48,174 nt of DNA, from IMG/VR virus record IMGVR_UViG_2711768016_000013; one strand, given 5' to 3'. This DNA is from a virus. Taxonomy: Duplodnaviria > Heunggongvirae > Uroviricota > Caudoviricetes. The notes below the pieces were generated by a model. That model was given only the letters and a program-made list of their open reading frames with translations, was not told where the DNA came from and made no database searches. A program made the translations under genes and the position numbers. Below are positions 1 to 9,795 of the stretch, in pieces (within the stretch, counting starts at the first letter, position 1; every line of letters starts with the position of its first letter).

Positions 1-1236
1 CTACGATAACCGCGCATTCAACATGGCTACCTGTTCGTCGTTCATGTCATCAATCCACATACCGTAAATTTCATACACCATCTGCGCAGTTTCATGCCCC
101 ATCTGGCTGGCTATAAACGCCGGGTTCGCTCCTGCCGTCAACAGCCAGCAGGCAAAAGTATGCCGCGTATGGTACGGATTACGGCGGCGAATACCAGCAC
201 GTTTTACTGCTGCATTCCATCTCGCACCCAAACTGCTTACCGAGTAATAAGGTTTCTGTTTTCCGTTACACACTCTGGGCATGAAAACAAAATGCAGTTT
301 TTGCTTTTCGGTTCTGCCGTACTCCCGATGATAAAAAGTGATTTCGCTTTTGCGATGATGCCCGGTCAGTTTGTATTGCTCCTTCAGTGCTTCAAGAGCA
401 GGCTGCAGTAGTGTTACCGTCCGGATCCCCGCATTTGTTTTTGGGGGACCGAACATATCCAGTATCGTCAGGTTTCTTCTGACATTCACAACTCCCTTCT
501 CGAAATCCACATCCTCCCACGCCAGAGCAGCCAGTTCCCCGTGACGAAGCCCGGAGTATACGGCAAATTTCCACAAGTTCTGGCTCTGTCCTTTTTCACT
601 TTCCATTAATGCATTGAATTCTGTTTTAGATAACGGGTCAGGCTTTATTCTGTTTCTCTGTAATTTCTTTACTCCTTCAAATGGTTTGGTTGATATAAAT
701 CCCGACTGATACGCAAAACGTAACAACGAACAGAGCAGGGCGATATAGTTATCAACTGTGCGCACGGTTCTTCCTTTTTTGTTGGATCTTGGATTATCCA
801 GGTAAAGCGTTTCTCCATGCAGCAGTTCATTCCGGTAGTTTAAGATATCGCTATAACGAATATGCGATATCGGAGTACTCTCACAAATTATTATCCTGAG
901 TGTTTTTAATTGTGATTTCGTTTTCTTCATTGTGTTTGTTGTTAACTCTGTTTCTTTAATTTTTGTCCAGATATCACAAAGCTCCCCGAACGTTTTTATG
1001 ACCCTCGTTGTCACCATTTTTGCCCCAGTGCTGGACTGGGGAAAACGTCTTAAATACTCAAACTCACCGGAATTGATTTCATGAACTATCAACGCTCTTA
1101 AATTCCCGGCTTTTTTAATGTTACTGTTAGTAACCTCCCAGCCTTTCAATGTTTCCCGACATCGTTTTCCTCGAAACATGAACCAGATGCGAATGTATTT
1201 ACCTCGAATCTCGACACCTGTTGGTAATTTAGACAT
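1..1236 (-). CDS. intR: Tyrosine-type phage integrase (Rac IntR-like), 411 aa
   Basis: Complete 411-aa ORF with C-terminal R..HxxR..Y tyrosine-recombinase region; translation matches Rac integrase as remembered; excisionase-like gene directly upstream. Confidence 0.9.
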   Translation of the reverse strand: MSKLPTGVEIRGKYIRIWFMFRGKRCRETLKGWEVTNSNIKKAGNLRALIVHEINSGEFEYLRRFPQSSTGAKMVTTRVIKTFGELCDIWTKIKETELTTNTMKKTKSQLKTLRIIICESTPISHIRYSDILNYRNELLHGETLYLDNPRSNKKGRTVRTVDNYIALLCSLLRFAYQSGFISTKPFEGVKKLQRNRIKPDPLSKTEFNALMESEKGQSQNLWKFAVYSGLRHGELAALAWEDVDFEKGVVNVRRNLTILDMFGPPKTNAGIRTVTLLQPALEALKEQYKLTGHHRKSEITFYHREYGRTEKQKLHFVFMPRVCNGKQKPYYSVSSLGARWNAAVKRAGIRRRNPYHTRHTFACWLLTAGANPAFIASQMGHETAQMVYEIYGMWIDDMNDEQVAMLNARLS

Positions 1237-1237
1237 A

Positions 1238-1453
1238 TCATGAGTCTTTGATAAACTGATTTATCTTTGGATAGTTATACCAGATAATCCCTCGCTTACT
1301 GTCTGGCTTCCCTAAAGGAGATACTCGTTTGAAGTGGAAGCCTTCCACCCAACAGTTCTGGCGGTATGCTTCAATTTGTCTGGCCCCCAGACCAGTGCGA
1401 AGCATCAGGCCGTATTCAACCATCCACTCTTCATTAAAGATTACTTGTGCCAT
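1238..1453 (-). CDS. xisR: Excisionase-like small DNA-binding protein (YdaQ/XisR-like), about 71 aa from the ATG
   Basis: Small ORF abutting the int start; ATG at 1453 inside the longer TTG-initiated ORF 1238..1477. Confidence 0.7.
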   Translation of the reverse strand: MAQVIFNEEWMVEYGLMLRTGLGARQIEAYRQNCWVEGFHFKRVSPLGKPDSKRGIIWYNYPKINQFIKDS

Positions 1454-1552
1454 CGCATCACCTCTGGCAGGCGCCAATGTTAGACTTAAATTGACGCCCG
1501 ATGTTGATTATTAATAATCAGCTATGAAGTTTTAATTTGAATACAATGCAAT

Positions 1553-1813
1553 TCACGAGGACTGAAGTTTCTCGCAATTAAAATTTATCAGTTTTACTTT
1601 CTGCTCTCTGGAAACGCCTGCTTCTTTTTTACCTGAGAGCATTTTTTCGCATTCTGATTTCGTTAGTTTAGATTTTGAATATCTTGTCCAGTTAGTAGGA
1701 GTGCCACCTTCCTTTTCAATAGTGGCGGTAATTTTATACATGAACACCTCCATTATTATTTCCAGTGGTTCGTTTATTTCATCGTTCGAGTGCTTCTTTT
1801 TCACTTCCACCAT
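1553..1813 (-). CDS. ydaC: Small hypothetical early protein (YdaC-like); start uncertain
   Basis: 86-aa ORF between xis and recT; several in-frame Met candidates (MEVFMYK...); overlaps the 3' end of the ralR frame. Confidence 0.5.
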   Translation of the reverse strand: MVEVKKKHSNDEINEPLEIIMEVFMYKITATIEKEGGTPTNWTRYSKSKLTKSECEKMLSGKKEAGVSREQKVKLINFNCEKLQSS

Positions 1814-1928
1814 AACCGGTTCGGGATTCGCATCCGTTACACTTCGCTCGGTAATATCCTGAAATGGCTTTCACCGTTACTGATGGACAACCACAAAATG
1901 GACATGGTTTAACATTGTCATATCTCAT
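1779..1928 (-). CDS. ralR: RalR-like small toxin / restriction-alleviation protein, truncated at 49 codons by an in-frame TGA
   Basis: Minus-strand translation MRYDNVKPCPFCGCPSVTVKAISGYYRAKCNGCESRTGYGGSEKEALER then TGA (plus 1779-1781); same frame continues NKRTTGNNNGGVHV to a TAA; below the 60-aa cutoff of the ORF track. Confidence 0.6.
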   Translation of the reverse strand: MRYDNVKPCPFCGCPSVTVKAISGYYRAKCNGCESRTGYGGSEKEALER

Positions 1929-1983
1929 AATTTTTCTCATAAAAATATTTCAAGTTGGCGGTGCATTACACCGCCAGGCTGAA

Positions 1984-2793
1984 TTATTCCTCTGAATTAT
2001 CGATTACACTGTATTCCCCGGTTAATACAGAGGAATCTGCAGGATCGATTGTCAGTGGTTCCTTTTCATCCATTGATACTGCACGCTGGATCTCAATTGA
2101 TACGGGCAGATATTTGAACAGGCGACGAATAGCCGTTTTCTTTGCCATTTCTTCCCAGTGAGTTACCCACGGCCCGTTATTACCAGCTTTACTCTGGCTG
2201 CGCACCAGCTCAATCTGTTTGCGCGTCATAACTTCAAACTGAGTACCTCCGTCTTTCAGTCTTGCGACAGCATAGACGTGGGTAACAGGGGCATCTTCGT
2301 TTTCTCCTGGGCGGTGTATTAACTTTTCATCAAGGCCAAATTCGAAATTAAACTCGTCACCTTCACGGACAACACGGGCTGACAGGCTGGCGATTTGACC
2401 TGAACGGCGAGCCAGATCAATCATGCCGCGATAGCCAATGATTAGCTGAACGTTTTTTTTACCGCTCTTTTCGTTTTTATTACCAAAAGGCAGTAAATAT
2501 GCATGACCGAGGGCGCTACCGGGCTCAAGTCCGAGCTGTGAACACTGTACGATTGCACTGACAAAACTCATAGTGTCACAGTTTCCTAACGCCGGAACTT
2601 TACGAATTTCTGTGGTGGCGATACGGATCATACGTTCAGCCGTCATATGGCGTGGAAGAGCTGCTGCCAGTTGCTCTTTCATTGATGGCTGGTTAATAAA
2701 ACTAATCACGTCGTTATTTTTAATTGCTGCTGGTGCACGGTTTCCCTGAGTTTTTTGCAGATCGGCTTTTGCGATTGGTGGTTGCTTAGTCAT
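1984..2793 (-). CDS. recT: RecT single-strand annealing recombinase, 269 aa from ATG at 2793
   Basis: Translation [23 protein letters not shown]... matches RecT as remembered; overlaps the recE stop. Confidence 0.93.
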   Translation of the reverse strand: MTKQPPIAKADLQKTQGNRAPAAIKNNDVISFINQPSMKEQLAAALPRHMTAERMIRIATTEIRKVPALGNCDTMSFVSAIVQCSQLGLEPGSALGHAYLLPFGNKNEKSGKKNVQLIIGYRGMIDLARRSGQIASLSARVVREGDEFNFEFGLDEKLIHRPGENEDAPVTHVYAVARLKDGGTQFEVMTRKQIELVRSQSKAGNNGPWVTHWEEMAKKTAIRRLFKYLPVSIEIQRAVSMDEKEPLTIDPADSSVLTGEYSVIDNSEE

Positions 2794-5386
2794 TTGCATA
2801 TTCCTTAGCCCAGCGGGGCAGTGATAACGTCTTAATAGCTGGCCATTCATCGGTATTGAGGCAGTCAGCCAGGGTTCGCAGATTGCGGTGATATTCCAGC
2901 TGACCTGCCAGTTTTGCTTCTTCGCCCATCATGAAAATTTCAACCGGATAACGTCCGCATTCAATAGTTGTGCTGGCAACCAGAAAAACGAAAGTTGGCT
3001 GCACTCCAAACTGTGCTTCATAACCGTCACTGTAGAATGCATCCTGAACGTGATAGCGGTAGTCGTAATAAGCGGTTTTGAATCGTTGAATATCCGCCGT
3101 AGTTTTCACGTCCATGATCCAGTGAAATTCAGGGATAATTTTGTCCGGACGGCACCGACACAAAATTGCTGTTTCAGGATCTTCCCAGTAAATTGATGAT
3201 TCAGCGTGTCCGGCGCTTTCAACAAGCCATTGCCCCAGCGGCAAAGCCATAACGCTCTGATACATGAGTTCAATTTTCCGGCCTTCTTCGGCAGTGATAA
3301 CCGTTTTTCCTGTGCTTGCGCATTCCCTCAGAAACGCTTTCTCTTCTTCTTTTCCGGAGTTTGTCCGGCGGTTAAATTCAGGTGCTACGATAAAGCGGTT
3401 ACTGAATTCTTCCGGCTCAAGTACCCGGCAGTGGAAAGCGGTTCCTAAATCGAGCGTTTTTGTCTTTGTGGTGTCCACGGGGGCATTTTTACGCCACAAA
3501 TACAGTGCCGGAGTATCAGCAATGTCATCGAGCTGAGACTTACTGACACCGGGACCCGCGTGGTAATTCTCATTCGAAATTCCGTAATAAATACCTGGCT
3601 CTATGTCTTCTACGATTACGGGATCTGCGACTTCGCCAGTTTCATCACTGCAATCGCGATGCGGATCGCTGCCAGCATTCTCATTGTGCGGATGTTCAGC
3701 GCCTTCCATTTCCTCCGGATCATTTTCCTTAGCTTCAACCTGACTCTCTTCATCGAATGTTTCCTGGTATGTTGCGTCGCCCATCACCGCACCACAGTCA
3801 GGGCAGTTATCCCCGCCAGTCTGGCCGCAGGCATTGCAGGCTATTTCCGGTTCCTGTTGCACTACTGGCTCAGGTTGATTCATATCCGGGCTGGTTTTTT
3901 CCGTTTCTGGCTGGTTCTGGTACACACAATCGCGAGTCTGGATCCCCTTTACCCATTTCGGATCGTTCGGGTCGCTAATTCCGTCAACAAATTCACCACG
4001 TGATGCAGCAAGCAATTTATCGGCATCGACAGGATTTTTTGATGGAATGTTTTTCCGGGCTTCATGGAGTTCTGCCCGCAGTTCCTGATATTTCGCATCA
4101 ACAGAATTTACCTGTGACTGAGCATCCAGCGGCTGCGTGTCCTGATGATGTTCAGTTGCGTCCGGTTCCATTGTTTCAGCCTCTCCCTGTTCAACTGCCG
4201 TTGTTCCAGATGGTTGCGGTTTTTCTTCATCATCCTGTTTTCCTTCTTCTGTTACTCGCTGCGGCATCGGGGCAGAGGAGCGACCGCAGGCAATATCCAC
4301 GATTTCCGGATCAGGGTTGGCATGATCGGTTTCAGTCAGTACTTTGTTCAGATATTCAGTGACGTGCGCGGGGATGACCTCGATCCCAATTGGTGCTTCT
4401 TTTACGGACGCAACCACGATGGCGCGGGAATAATCCAGCCCGCCAGGCATGGTGATGAATTTGTCGCGGAAAACAGAAAAGGGCGGTTTATTTTCAGCGA
4501 TAATTTCCTCAATGCGTTTAGCGTGTGCCGGATGAAGGTTATAGATGTCCAGATCCATTGAACGGGCCAGTACGCCAGTGGCTACGTCCCGCGCCAGTGA
4601 CGTCAGATCGTGTACGAAACCTTCGCCGCGATCGGTGAGGTTTCCGCCGCCAGCATTAGCACCGGAAGCCGTGCGAGTGATGTGTGAAACACGATTACCC
4701 TTCATCCACTCTTTTGTCAGCAGTCCTCGATCGGTGTAGTCAGCGTTCAGGTATGCTTCGAAAAAAGCAGTTATCAGTCCCAGGTTTGAATTACCAGGAT
4801 TAGGGAAAACTTTGTCAGTGTCACGAACCAGTTTGTGGAGTTCGCGAATTTCCAGCGGGTCGAGCAGGCTGGTTTTGTGGGAAACAGCCAGGGCAGTAAC
4901 AGCCGGTAGTTCTTCAGCCCGAGCAATGTGTAATGCCTGGAGTCCGTCGCGTGAAACGTGCGTTACCGGTTTTTCGCTGCCGTGTTGAGCAAGCCAACGA
5001 ATGGGCAGTTCCTGGCCAGAAATTGGGAGTAGCATATTCTCCTCAATCTCAGTCATGTCTTCGCCGTTGACGTTGGTATTGCCTTGATAGTGAGCGTTGT
5101 CTGGTGCTGCTCCCGGTTTTAGTTCCCATGTCATGGAGTCTTTGCTGAGTTGATAGCGTTCACTCCAGGTAAAATCGATCTCACCTTCAGCGGGCAGGTC
5201 ATTAACGACAGGAAAATTCGTGGCAACAGCTTTAAAATAGCTGCTCAGTTTTTTACCTGACTTAACGATCAGGTAGTCCAGAGTGGCACAGGTCGATTCA
5301 AAATCGTTGCTTGCCCACAGGACGACGTCAGGTTCACCGGATGATTTTTTCGCTTTCCGTAACAGGAAGAGTGGTTTTGTGCTCAT
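2786..5386 (-). CDS. recE: RecE exonuclease VIII, 866 aa
   Basis: 866-aa ORF, length and sequence consistent with RecE; acidic N-terminal half, C-terminal nuclease region; coupled to recT. Confidence 0.93.
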   Translation of the reverse strand: MSTKPLFLLRKAKKSSGEPDVVLWASNDFESTCATLDYLIVKSGKKLSSYFKAVATNFPVVNDLPAEGEIDFTWSERYQLSKDSMTWELKPGAAPDNAHYQGNTNVNGEDMTEIEENMLLPISGQELPIRWLAQHGSEKPVTHVSRDGLQALHIARAEELPAVTALAVSHKTSLLDPLEIRELHKLVRDTDKVFPNPGNSNLGLITAFFEAYLNADYTDRGLLTKEWMKGNRVSHITRTASGANAGGGNLTDRGEGFVHDLTSLARDVATGVLARSMDLDIYNLHPAHAKRIEEIIAENKPPFSVFRDKFITMPGGLDYSRAIVVASVKEAPIGIEVIPAHVTEYLNKVLTETDHANPDPEIVDIACGRSSAPMPQRVTEEGKQDDEEKPQPSGTTAVEQGEAETMEPDATEHHQDTQPLDAQSQVNSVDAKYQELRAELHEARKNIPSKNPVDADKLLAASRGEFVDGISDPNDPKWVKGIQTRDCVYQNQPETEKTSPDMNQPEPVVQQEPEIACNACGQTGGDNCPDCGAVMGDATYQETFDEESQVEAKENDPEEMEGAEHPHNENAGSDPHRDCSDETGEVADPVIVEDIEPGIYYGISNENYHAGPGVSKSQLDDIADTPALYLWRKNAPVDTTKTKTLDLGTAFHCRVLEPEEFSNRFIVAPEFNRRTNSGKEEEKAFLRECASTGKTVITAEEGRKIELMYQSVMALPLGQWLVESAGHAESSIYWEDPETAILCRCRPDKIIPEFHWIMDVKTTADIQRFKTAYYDYRYHVQDAFYSDGYEAQFGVQPTFVFLVASTTIECGRYPVEIFMMGEEAKLAGQLEYHRNLRTLADCLNTDEWPAIKTLSLPRWAKEYAND

Positions 5387-5487
5387 TGTTTTTTAACCTC
5401 AACTCAGATTAAAATTCGTTTTGTTCAGTGAATGATCTTGCCGGATACACACTGTTCATAGCCTGCGCCATACGCAGGCTATTTCTT

Positions 5488-5763
5488 TCAGATTTCACCT
5501 TTTAATTTCATTGCAATTAGAGTTGCCAGAAATTCGGCTTTTTTTTCTGCGGGCAGATTCTTTCCGATATGCACCAGGCACATTTTTTTGACACCTTCAT
5601 CAAGTGTTTTTACGTTGCCTGATGGACCATCGATATCAACCACAGTGAATGGGGTTTCTTTATTTTCTGTTTTAATTACGTAGCCAATGCGCTTTCCTTC
5701 CAGATTCACCTCGTGAACAATGTCATCGGTAGTTACAACAGTGGCTTCATAATTGGTAATCAT
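5488..5763 (-). CDS. racC: RacC-like small protein, 91 aa
   Basis: MITNYEATVVTTDDIVHEVNLEGKR... from ATG at 5763 inside the longer ORF. Confidence 0.8.
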   Translation of the reverse strand: MITNYEATVVTTDDIVHEVNLEGKRIGYVIKTENKETPFTVVDIDGPSGNVKTLDEGVKKMCLVHIGKNLPAEKKAEFLATLIAMKLKGEI

Positions 5764-5837
5764 GTTTTTCTCCTTAATTAAGGTTGAGCGAATACCTGCC
5801 ATTTCTGGCATAAATTCAGTTTCGAATAGTCAATTAA

Positions 5838-6008
5838 TTAAAGTTCATGTGCCATCTGGTCTTTTTCGGCACAAGCTTCACTGCAATATTTTCTCGGTTC
5901 GTCTTTTGATAAAATCCCGTGCATGAAGTGAAGCATTCTTTCAATAGCTTTGCTTTCTTCAACGTCTTTTTTGCAAAGGTGGTAAGCACATTTTATTTTC
6001 TTAGTCAT
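5838..6008 (-). CDS. ydaE: Small Cys/His-rich protein (YdaE-like), 56 aa
   Basis: Hand translation of minus strand [56 protein letters not shown]; below the ORF-track cutoff. Confidence 0.75.
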   Translation of the reverse strand: MTKKIKCAYHLCKKDVEESKAIERMLHFMHGILSKDEPRKYCSEACAEKDQMAHEL

Positions 6009-6229
6009 CACCATGACTCCGCCTTTACAGGTAAACCATCACGACCGAGGAAGACTTTAATCATGCGGTCAGTAATGCATGTTTTTGTGGTCAGGTTACG
6101 AATATATAGTTTTCGCTTTTTAATATTGTTTGCCGAGGCAATATATGTCCGGCCTTCATGAAGAACATAATCGCCAGGAGTCACACACTGACGTGGTATT
6201 TCATCAGTTCCGAAGTGATGTGCAATCAT
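6008..6229 (-). CDS. kilR: KilR-like host killing / cell-division inhibitor, 73 aa
   Basis: [45 protein letters not shown]...; GGAG about 6 nt upstream of the ATG at 6229. Confidence 0.82.
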   Translation of the reverse strand: MIAHHFGTDEIPRQCVTPGDYVLHEGRTYIASANNIKKRKLYIRNLTTKTCITDRMIKVFLGRDGLPVKAESW

Positions 6230-6670
6230 AATTATCTCCATTTTTACAAATGAACTTTGTTGATGCGGTGCCTGGTGCCTCCAGGTGACTGCAACCAGTT
6301 AACAATTACAGTCGGCTTTCCCACCCAAACCAATAAGGACTAACATGACTTTTAACTGTGCCACGTGCGCTTAGCCGCATTCACCGCATCACAAAATTCA
6401 CTTTAAAAAGGGCGGACATCAGCCGAACTTCAAGAAAAAAACTGATGCCGCCAGGACTACACACAGCAATGTCGTTATTTACAACCGGAGGCGCACTCCC
6501 ACCATTTAAATTTAACAGACAAGACCGACTCTTTATGGATATCGGAAATGCGCCTTCGTGTTGTGCCCGGTTTTATTTCACCACCTCCGGGCTTCGGTGG
6601 TCTCGGCTATACCCCTACAGCGAGAGCTTGTGTTAACATTTCAATACCCTTACAGTTGAGAGTTATTGAT

Positions 6671-7159
6671 ATGTTGGATGTATTTACTCCATTGTTGAAA
6701 CTTTTTGCTAACGAGCCACTCGAAATACTTATGTATACGATTATCATTTTTGGTCTCACTCTCTGGCTGATACCGAAAGAGTTTACTGTCGCATTCAATG
6801 CTTATACTGAAATACCTTGGCTCTTTCAGATTATCGTTTTTGCCTTTTCTTTCGTGGTCGCCATTTCCTTCTCAAGATTGCGAGCACATATTCAAAAGCA
6901 TTATTCATTACTACCAGAGCAACGAGTATTGCTTCGTTTATCTGAGAAAGAAATCGCTGTATTTAAAGATTTCCTTAAAACAGGAAATCTTATTATCACT
7001 TCTCCTTGCCGTAACCCGGTTATGAAAAAATTAGAACGGAAGGGCATCATTCAACATCAGAGTGATAGCGCAAACTGTTCTTATTATCTCGTCACCGAAA
7101 AATACTCCCATTTTATGAAGTTATTCTGGAACAGCAGGAGTAGACGTTTTAATCGTTAG
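6671..7159 (+). CDS. sieB: Superinfection exclusion protein B, membrane protein, 162 aa
   Basis: MLDVFTPLLKLFANEPLEILMYTIIIFGLTLWLIPKEF... with hydrophobic helices; ATG at 6671 within the longer ORF. Confidence 0.85.
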   Translation: MLDVFTPLLKLFANEPLEILMYTIIIFGLTLWLIPKEFTVAFNAYTEIPWLFQIIVFAFSFVVAISFSRLRAHIQKHYSLLPEQRVLLRLSEKEIAVFKDFLKTGNLIITSPCRNPVMKKLERKGIIQHQSDSANCSYYLVTEKYSHFMKLFWNSRSRRFNR

Positions 7160-7311
7160 CTTACTGTGTGCTTCTCCAACCATCGGCGCGCACCAGTTTC
7201 GGTTTTAAATGTTTTGCTTTTGGTATACGTCATGGCAGTGAACGTTCCATCCTGGTTGGGGAACACGCCGCACACCAGGGATTCGTTGTTGCCGAGGTCG
7301 ATTTTTTGCAT
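7156..7311 (-). CDS. ydaF: Small protein YdaF-like, 51 aa
   Basis: Hand translation MQKIDLGNNESLVCGVFPNQDGTFTAMTYTKSKTFKTETGARRWLEKHTVS; below cutoff. Confidence 0.65.
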   Translation of the reverse strand: MQKIDLGNNESLVCGVFPNQDGTFTAMTYTKSKTFKTETGARRWLEKHTVS

Positions 7312-7321
7312 TTTGCGAATC

Positions 7322-7456
7322 TCACATCTTGTTGCTGTGTATAGCGACTTCTGCCTGCCAGAGATCCCAGTCGTTGCTGCGTAAAGCCTGCACAGCCTGG
7401 TTGTAAGTGATACCGCAACAATCCATCAAATACTGAACTACTTCGTAATGCACCAT
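7322..7456 (-). CDS. ydaG: Small protein YdaG-like, 44 aa
   Basis: MVHYEVVQYLMDCCGITYNQAVQALRSNDWDLWQAEVAIHSNKM from ATG at 7456. Confidence 0.65.
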   Translation of the reverse strand: MVHYEVVQYLMDCCGITYNQAVQALRSNDWDLWQAEVAIHSNKM

Positions 7457-7626
7457 CTTATCTCTCCCCTTAACGCCGGGTGGCGGAACTGAAACCTGCT
7501 GCACTGCAAAATCTGAACCCTGCCGTCATGTTCATACGCCTCGGGCTGGCTACTTAACCCCTGACCACTGCCTGGTAACTCGAAGTATTGCCCTGCGTTC
7601 TGTGGGGCGGGGTGGGTTGGTAGGTA

Positions 7627-7670
7627 TATAATGTACTTTGTGTTCATTGATGTAAAGTACTATAAGTACA
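7627..7670. promoter_or_regulatory. Candidate leftward promoter/operator (OL-like) with GTAC-core inverted repeats downstream of the repressor gene
   Basis: GTACTTT (7633-7639) and AAAGTAC (7654-7660) form an inverted repeat; further AAGTAC copy at 7665-7669; TATAAT-like hexamers nearby. Confidence 0.35.
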
Positions 7671-7746
7671 TTTTGTGTGTAAAAAAATGAGATGGGATAA
7701 AGTGAAGCACAAACCCGGAGGGGGACGCTACCGGATTTATGCTGGT

Positions 7747-8184
7747 TTAAGAGGCTTTTTGTTTTTTCTTTCGTGCTAGCTCTTCGTAAATTGCATTGTA
7801 CTTCTGTTTTTTCTCCTCAAGAGTTTTTAAAAGTTCATCTGTCTCACTGTCAGGGAGCTCGTCCAGAAGGTCAATGATGATTTTTTGTCTTGGATTTAAC
7901 TCCTGATAGAAACGTACCTGTCCACTTTCTTCTGTATCCTCTCCCAAAAGATAGGTTGGTGTTGTTCCAATGAGTGTTGCTAATTCCCTTAATTTCTCTC
8001 GGCGAGGAATTGTTTCGCCATTAAACCATTTGCTAACCGCTTTTGGTGTTAATTTCATTCGACGGGCAATTTCTGCCTGCCTTCCATGTTGTTCATAACC
8101 AGCGTTTTCACAGGCTAGCGCAAGCCTACTGGCGAACTCTTTACGCGCTTTATCTTCATGAACCATAAGTTCAATGATATTCAC
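7747..8184 (-). CDS. racR: Prophage repressor, XRE-family HTH (RacR-like)
   Basis: HTH segment GRQAEIARRMKLTPKAVSKWFNG; divergent from ydaS/ydaT as in CI/Cro arrangements. Confidence 0.85.
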   Translation of the reverse strand: MNIIELMVHEDKARKEFASRLALACENAGYEQHGRQAEIARRMKLTPKAVSKWFNGETIPRREKLRELATLIGTTPTYLLGEDTEESGQVRFYQELNPRQKIIIDLLDELPDSETDELLKTLEEKKQKYNAIYEELARKKKQKAS

Positions 8185-8245
8185 TCTTGAATGTACTGTC
8201 AGTTCTGTTATAGCATGTACTCAAAGTTCACATTGTGAGGGTGAT
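8185..8245. promoter_or_regulatory. Divergent promoter/operator region between racR and ydaS (OR-like)
   Basis: 61-bp intergenic region with two direct ATGTACT copies (8191-8197, 8214-8220) sharing the GTAC core seen on the other side of racR. Confidence 0.4.
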
Positions 8246-8500
8246 ATGAACCAGAAAACACTTGAAGATGTAATCAAAACTGTTCGCGTTTCTGTTGTGG
8301 CCGACGTTTGTGGTGTCAGCCAAAGAGCAATCTACAAATGGATGGATAACGGAAAATTGCCTCGCACAGAATATACCGGCGAAACAAATTACGCTGAAAA
8401 AATCGCTCATGCATCAAACGGATTATTTTCTGCTGATGTAATTTTAACTATTGGCAGAAATAAAACTACTACGAAAAAGCTGATGGGAGTTGATTCATGA
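8246..8500 (+). CDS. ydaS: Cro-like small HTH protein (YdaS-like)
   Basis: ATG at 8246 preceded by GAGGG; VSQRAIYKWMDNG HTH-like segment; overlaps ydaT start. Confidence 0.7.
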   Translation: MNQKTLEDVIKTVRVSVVADVCGVSQRAIYKWMDNGKLPRTEYTGETNYAEKIAHASNGLFSADVILTIGRNKTTTKKLMGVDS

Positions 8501-8919
8501 AAATCAAGCATGAGCACATCGAGTCAGTGTTGTTAGCCCTGGCAGCCGAAAAAGGGCAGGCATGGGTAGCCAATGCCATTACTGAAGAATATCTGCGCCA
8601 GGGGGGCGGCGAATTGCCCCTGGTACCAGGCAAGGACTGGAATAATCAGCAGAATATCTATCACCGTTGGTTGAAAGGTGAAACGAAAACGCAAAGAGAA
8701 AAAATTCAGAAGCTGATCCCAGCAATTCTGGCAATCCTTCCGCGCGAGCTGCGTCACCGACTCTGCATCTTCGATACCCTGGAACGCCGTGCATTACTGG
8801 CGGCGCAGGAAGCGTTAAGTACGGCAATTGATGCGCATGATGATGCAGTCCAAGCCGTTTACCGGAAAGCGCATTTCAGCGGCGGCGGGTCTTCCGACGA
8901 TTCTGTCATTGTTCATTAA
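8497..8919 (+). CDS. ydaT: YdaT-like protein, 140 aa
   Basis: MKIKHEHIESVLLALAAEKGQAWV...; coupled to ydaS (ATGA overlap). Confidence 0.8.
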   Translation: MKIKHEHIESVLLALAAEKGQAWVANAITEEYLRQGGGELPLVPGKDWNNQQNIYHRWLKGETKTQREKIQKLIPAILAILPRELRHRLCIFDTLERRALLAAQEALSTAIDAHDDAVQAVYRKAHFSGGGSSDDSVIVH

Positions 8920-8931
8920 GCAAAAGTTTCC

Positions 8932-9789
8932 ATGCTGTTTGTGCTTATTCTAAGCCACCGGGCAGCATCATACGGGGCAATTATGGCCGCATTACCATAC
9001 ATGCAACTGTACATAGCTGATTACCTGGCTGACACCATGCATTTGTCAGCAGAGGAGCATGGTGCGTATTTGTTGCTGATGTTCAATTACTGGCAAACAG
9101 GAAAGCCAATACCTAAAAACAGGCTGGCAAAAATTGCCCGTCTGACTAACGAGCGATGGGCTGATGTTGAACCATCCTTGCAGGAGTTTTTTTGCGATAA
9201 CGGCGAGGAATGGGTGCATCTTCGGATTGAGGAAGATCTGGCATCAGTCAGGGAAAAATTAACCAAAAAATCAGCCGCAGGAAAAGCATCTGTTCAGGCC
9301 AGAAGAAGCAGAAAGGAAGCAGATGTTCAAACAAAACAAGAGAGAAATTTAACAGGTGTTCAAACAGATGTTGAAGTGGTGTTTGAACATGATGTCAACA
9401 CAAAGGCAACTAATAAAGATACAGATAAAGATCTAAAAACAGATCCCCCCCTAAATCCCCCCCGGGGGAATCGAGGTGTCAAAAAGTTTGACCCTCTGGA
9501 TATTGCTTTGCCGAACTGGATTTCTGTCTCGCTTTGGCGTGAGTGGGTTGAATTTCGCCAGGCATTGCGAAAACCGATTCGAACGGAGCAGGGCGCTAAC
9601 GGGGCGATACGGGAGCTGGAAAAATTCCGCCAGCAGGGTTTTTCACCTGAGCAGGTGATTCGACACAGCATCGCCAATGAATACCAGGGCTTGTTCGCGC
9701 CGAAAGGTGTTCGACCTGAGACGTTACTCCGACAGGTTAACACCGTCTCGTTACCGGATAGTGCGATCCCGCCAGGCTTCAGGGGGTAA
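8932..9789 (+). CDS. ydaU: Replication initiation protein (YdaU-like, lambda O analogue)
   Basis: 285-aa ORF immediately upstream of the DnaC-like gene; family assignment from memory. Confidence 0.75.
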   Translation: MLFVLILSHRAASYGAIMAALPYMQLYIADYLADTMHLSAEEHGAYLLLMFNYWQTGKPIPKNRLAKIARLTNERWADVEPSLQEFFCDNGEEWVHLRIEEDLASVREKLTKKSAAGKASVQARRSRKEADVQTKQERNLTGVQTDVEVVFEHDVNTKATNKDTDKDLKTDPPLNPPRGNRGVKKFDPLDIALPNWISVSLWREWVEFRQALRKPIRTEQGANGAIRELEKFRQQGFSPEQVIRHSIANEYQGLFAPKGVRPETLLRQVNTVSLPDSAIPPGFRG

Positions 9790-9795
9790 CTGACC

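Noticed and set aside
2888-4739. Multiple plus-strand ORFs (64-147 aa) antisense to recE
   Set aside because: All nested in the strongly supported recE coding region; no start context; hydrophobic or low-complexity translations typical of antisense frames.
6358-6670. ORF 6358..6636 and the N-terminal extension of the sieB ORF from 6548
   Set aside because: The sieB product is better explained by the ATG at 6671 (MLDVFTPLL...); upstream residues read like translated intergenic sequence.
7438-7647. 69-aa minus-strand ORF upstream of ydaG
   Set aside because: Overlaps the candidate operator/promoter region and the ydaG start; no RBS; composition atypical.
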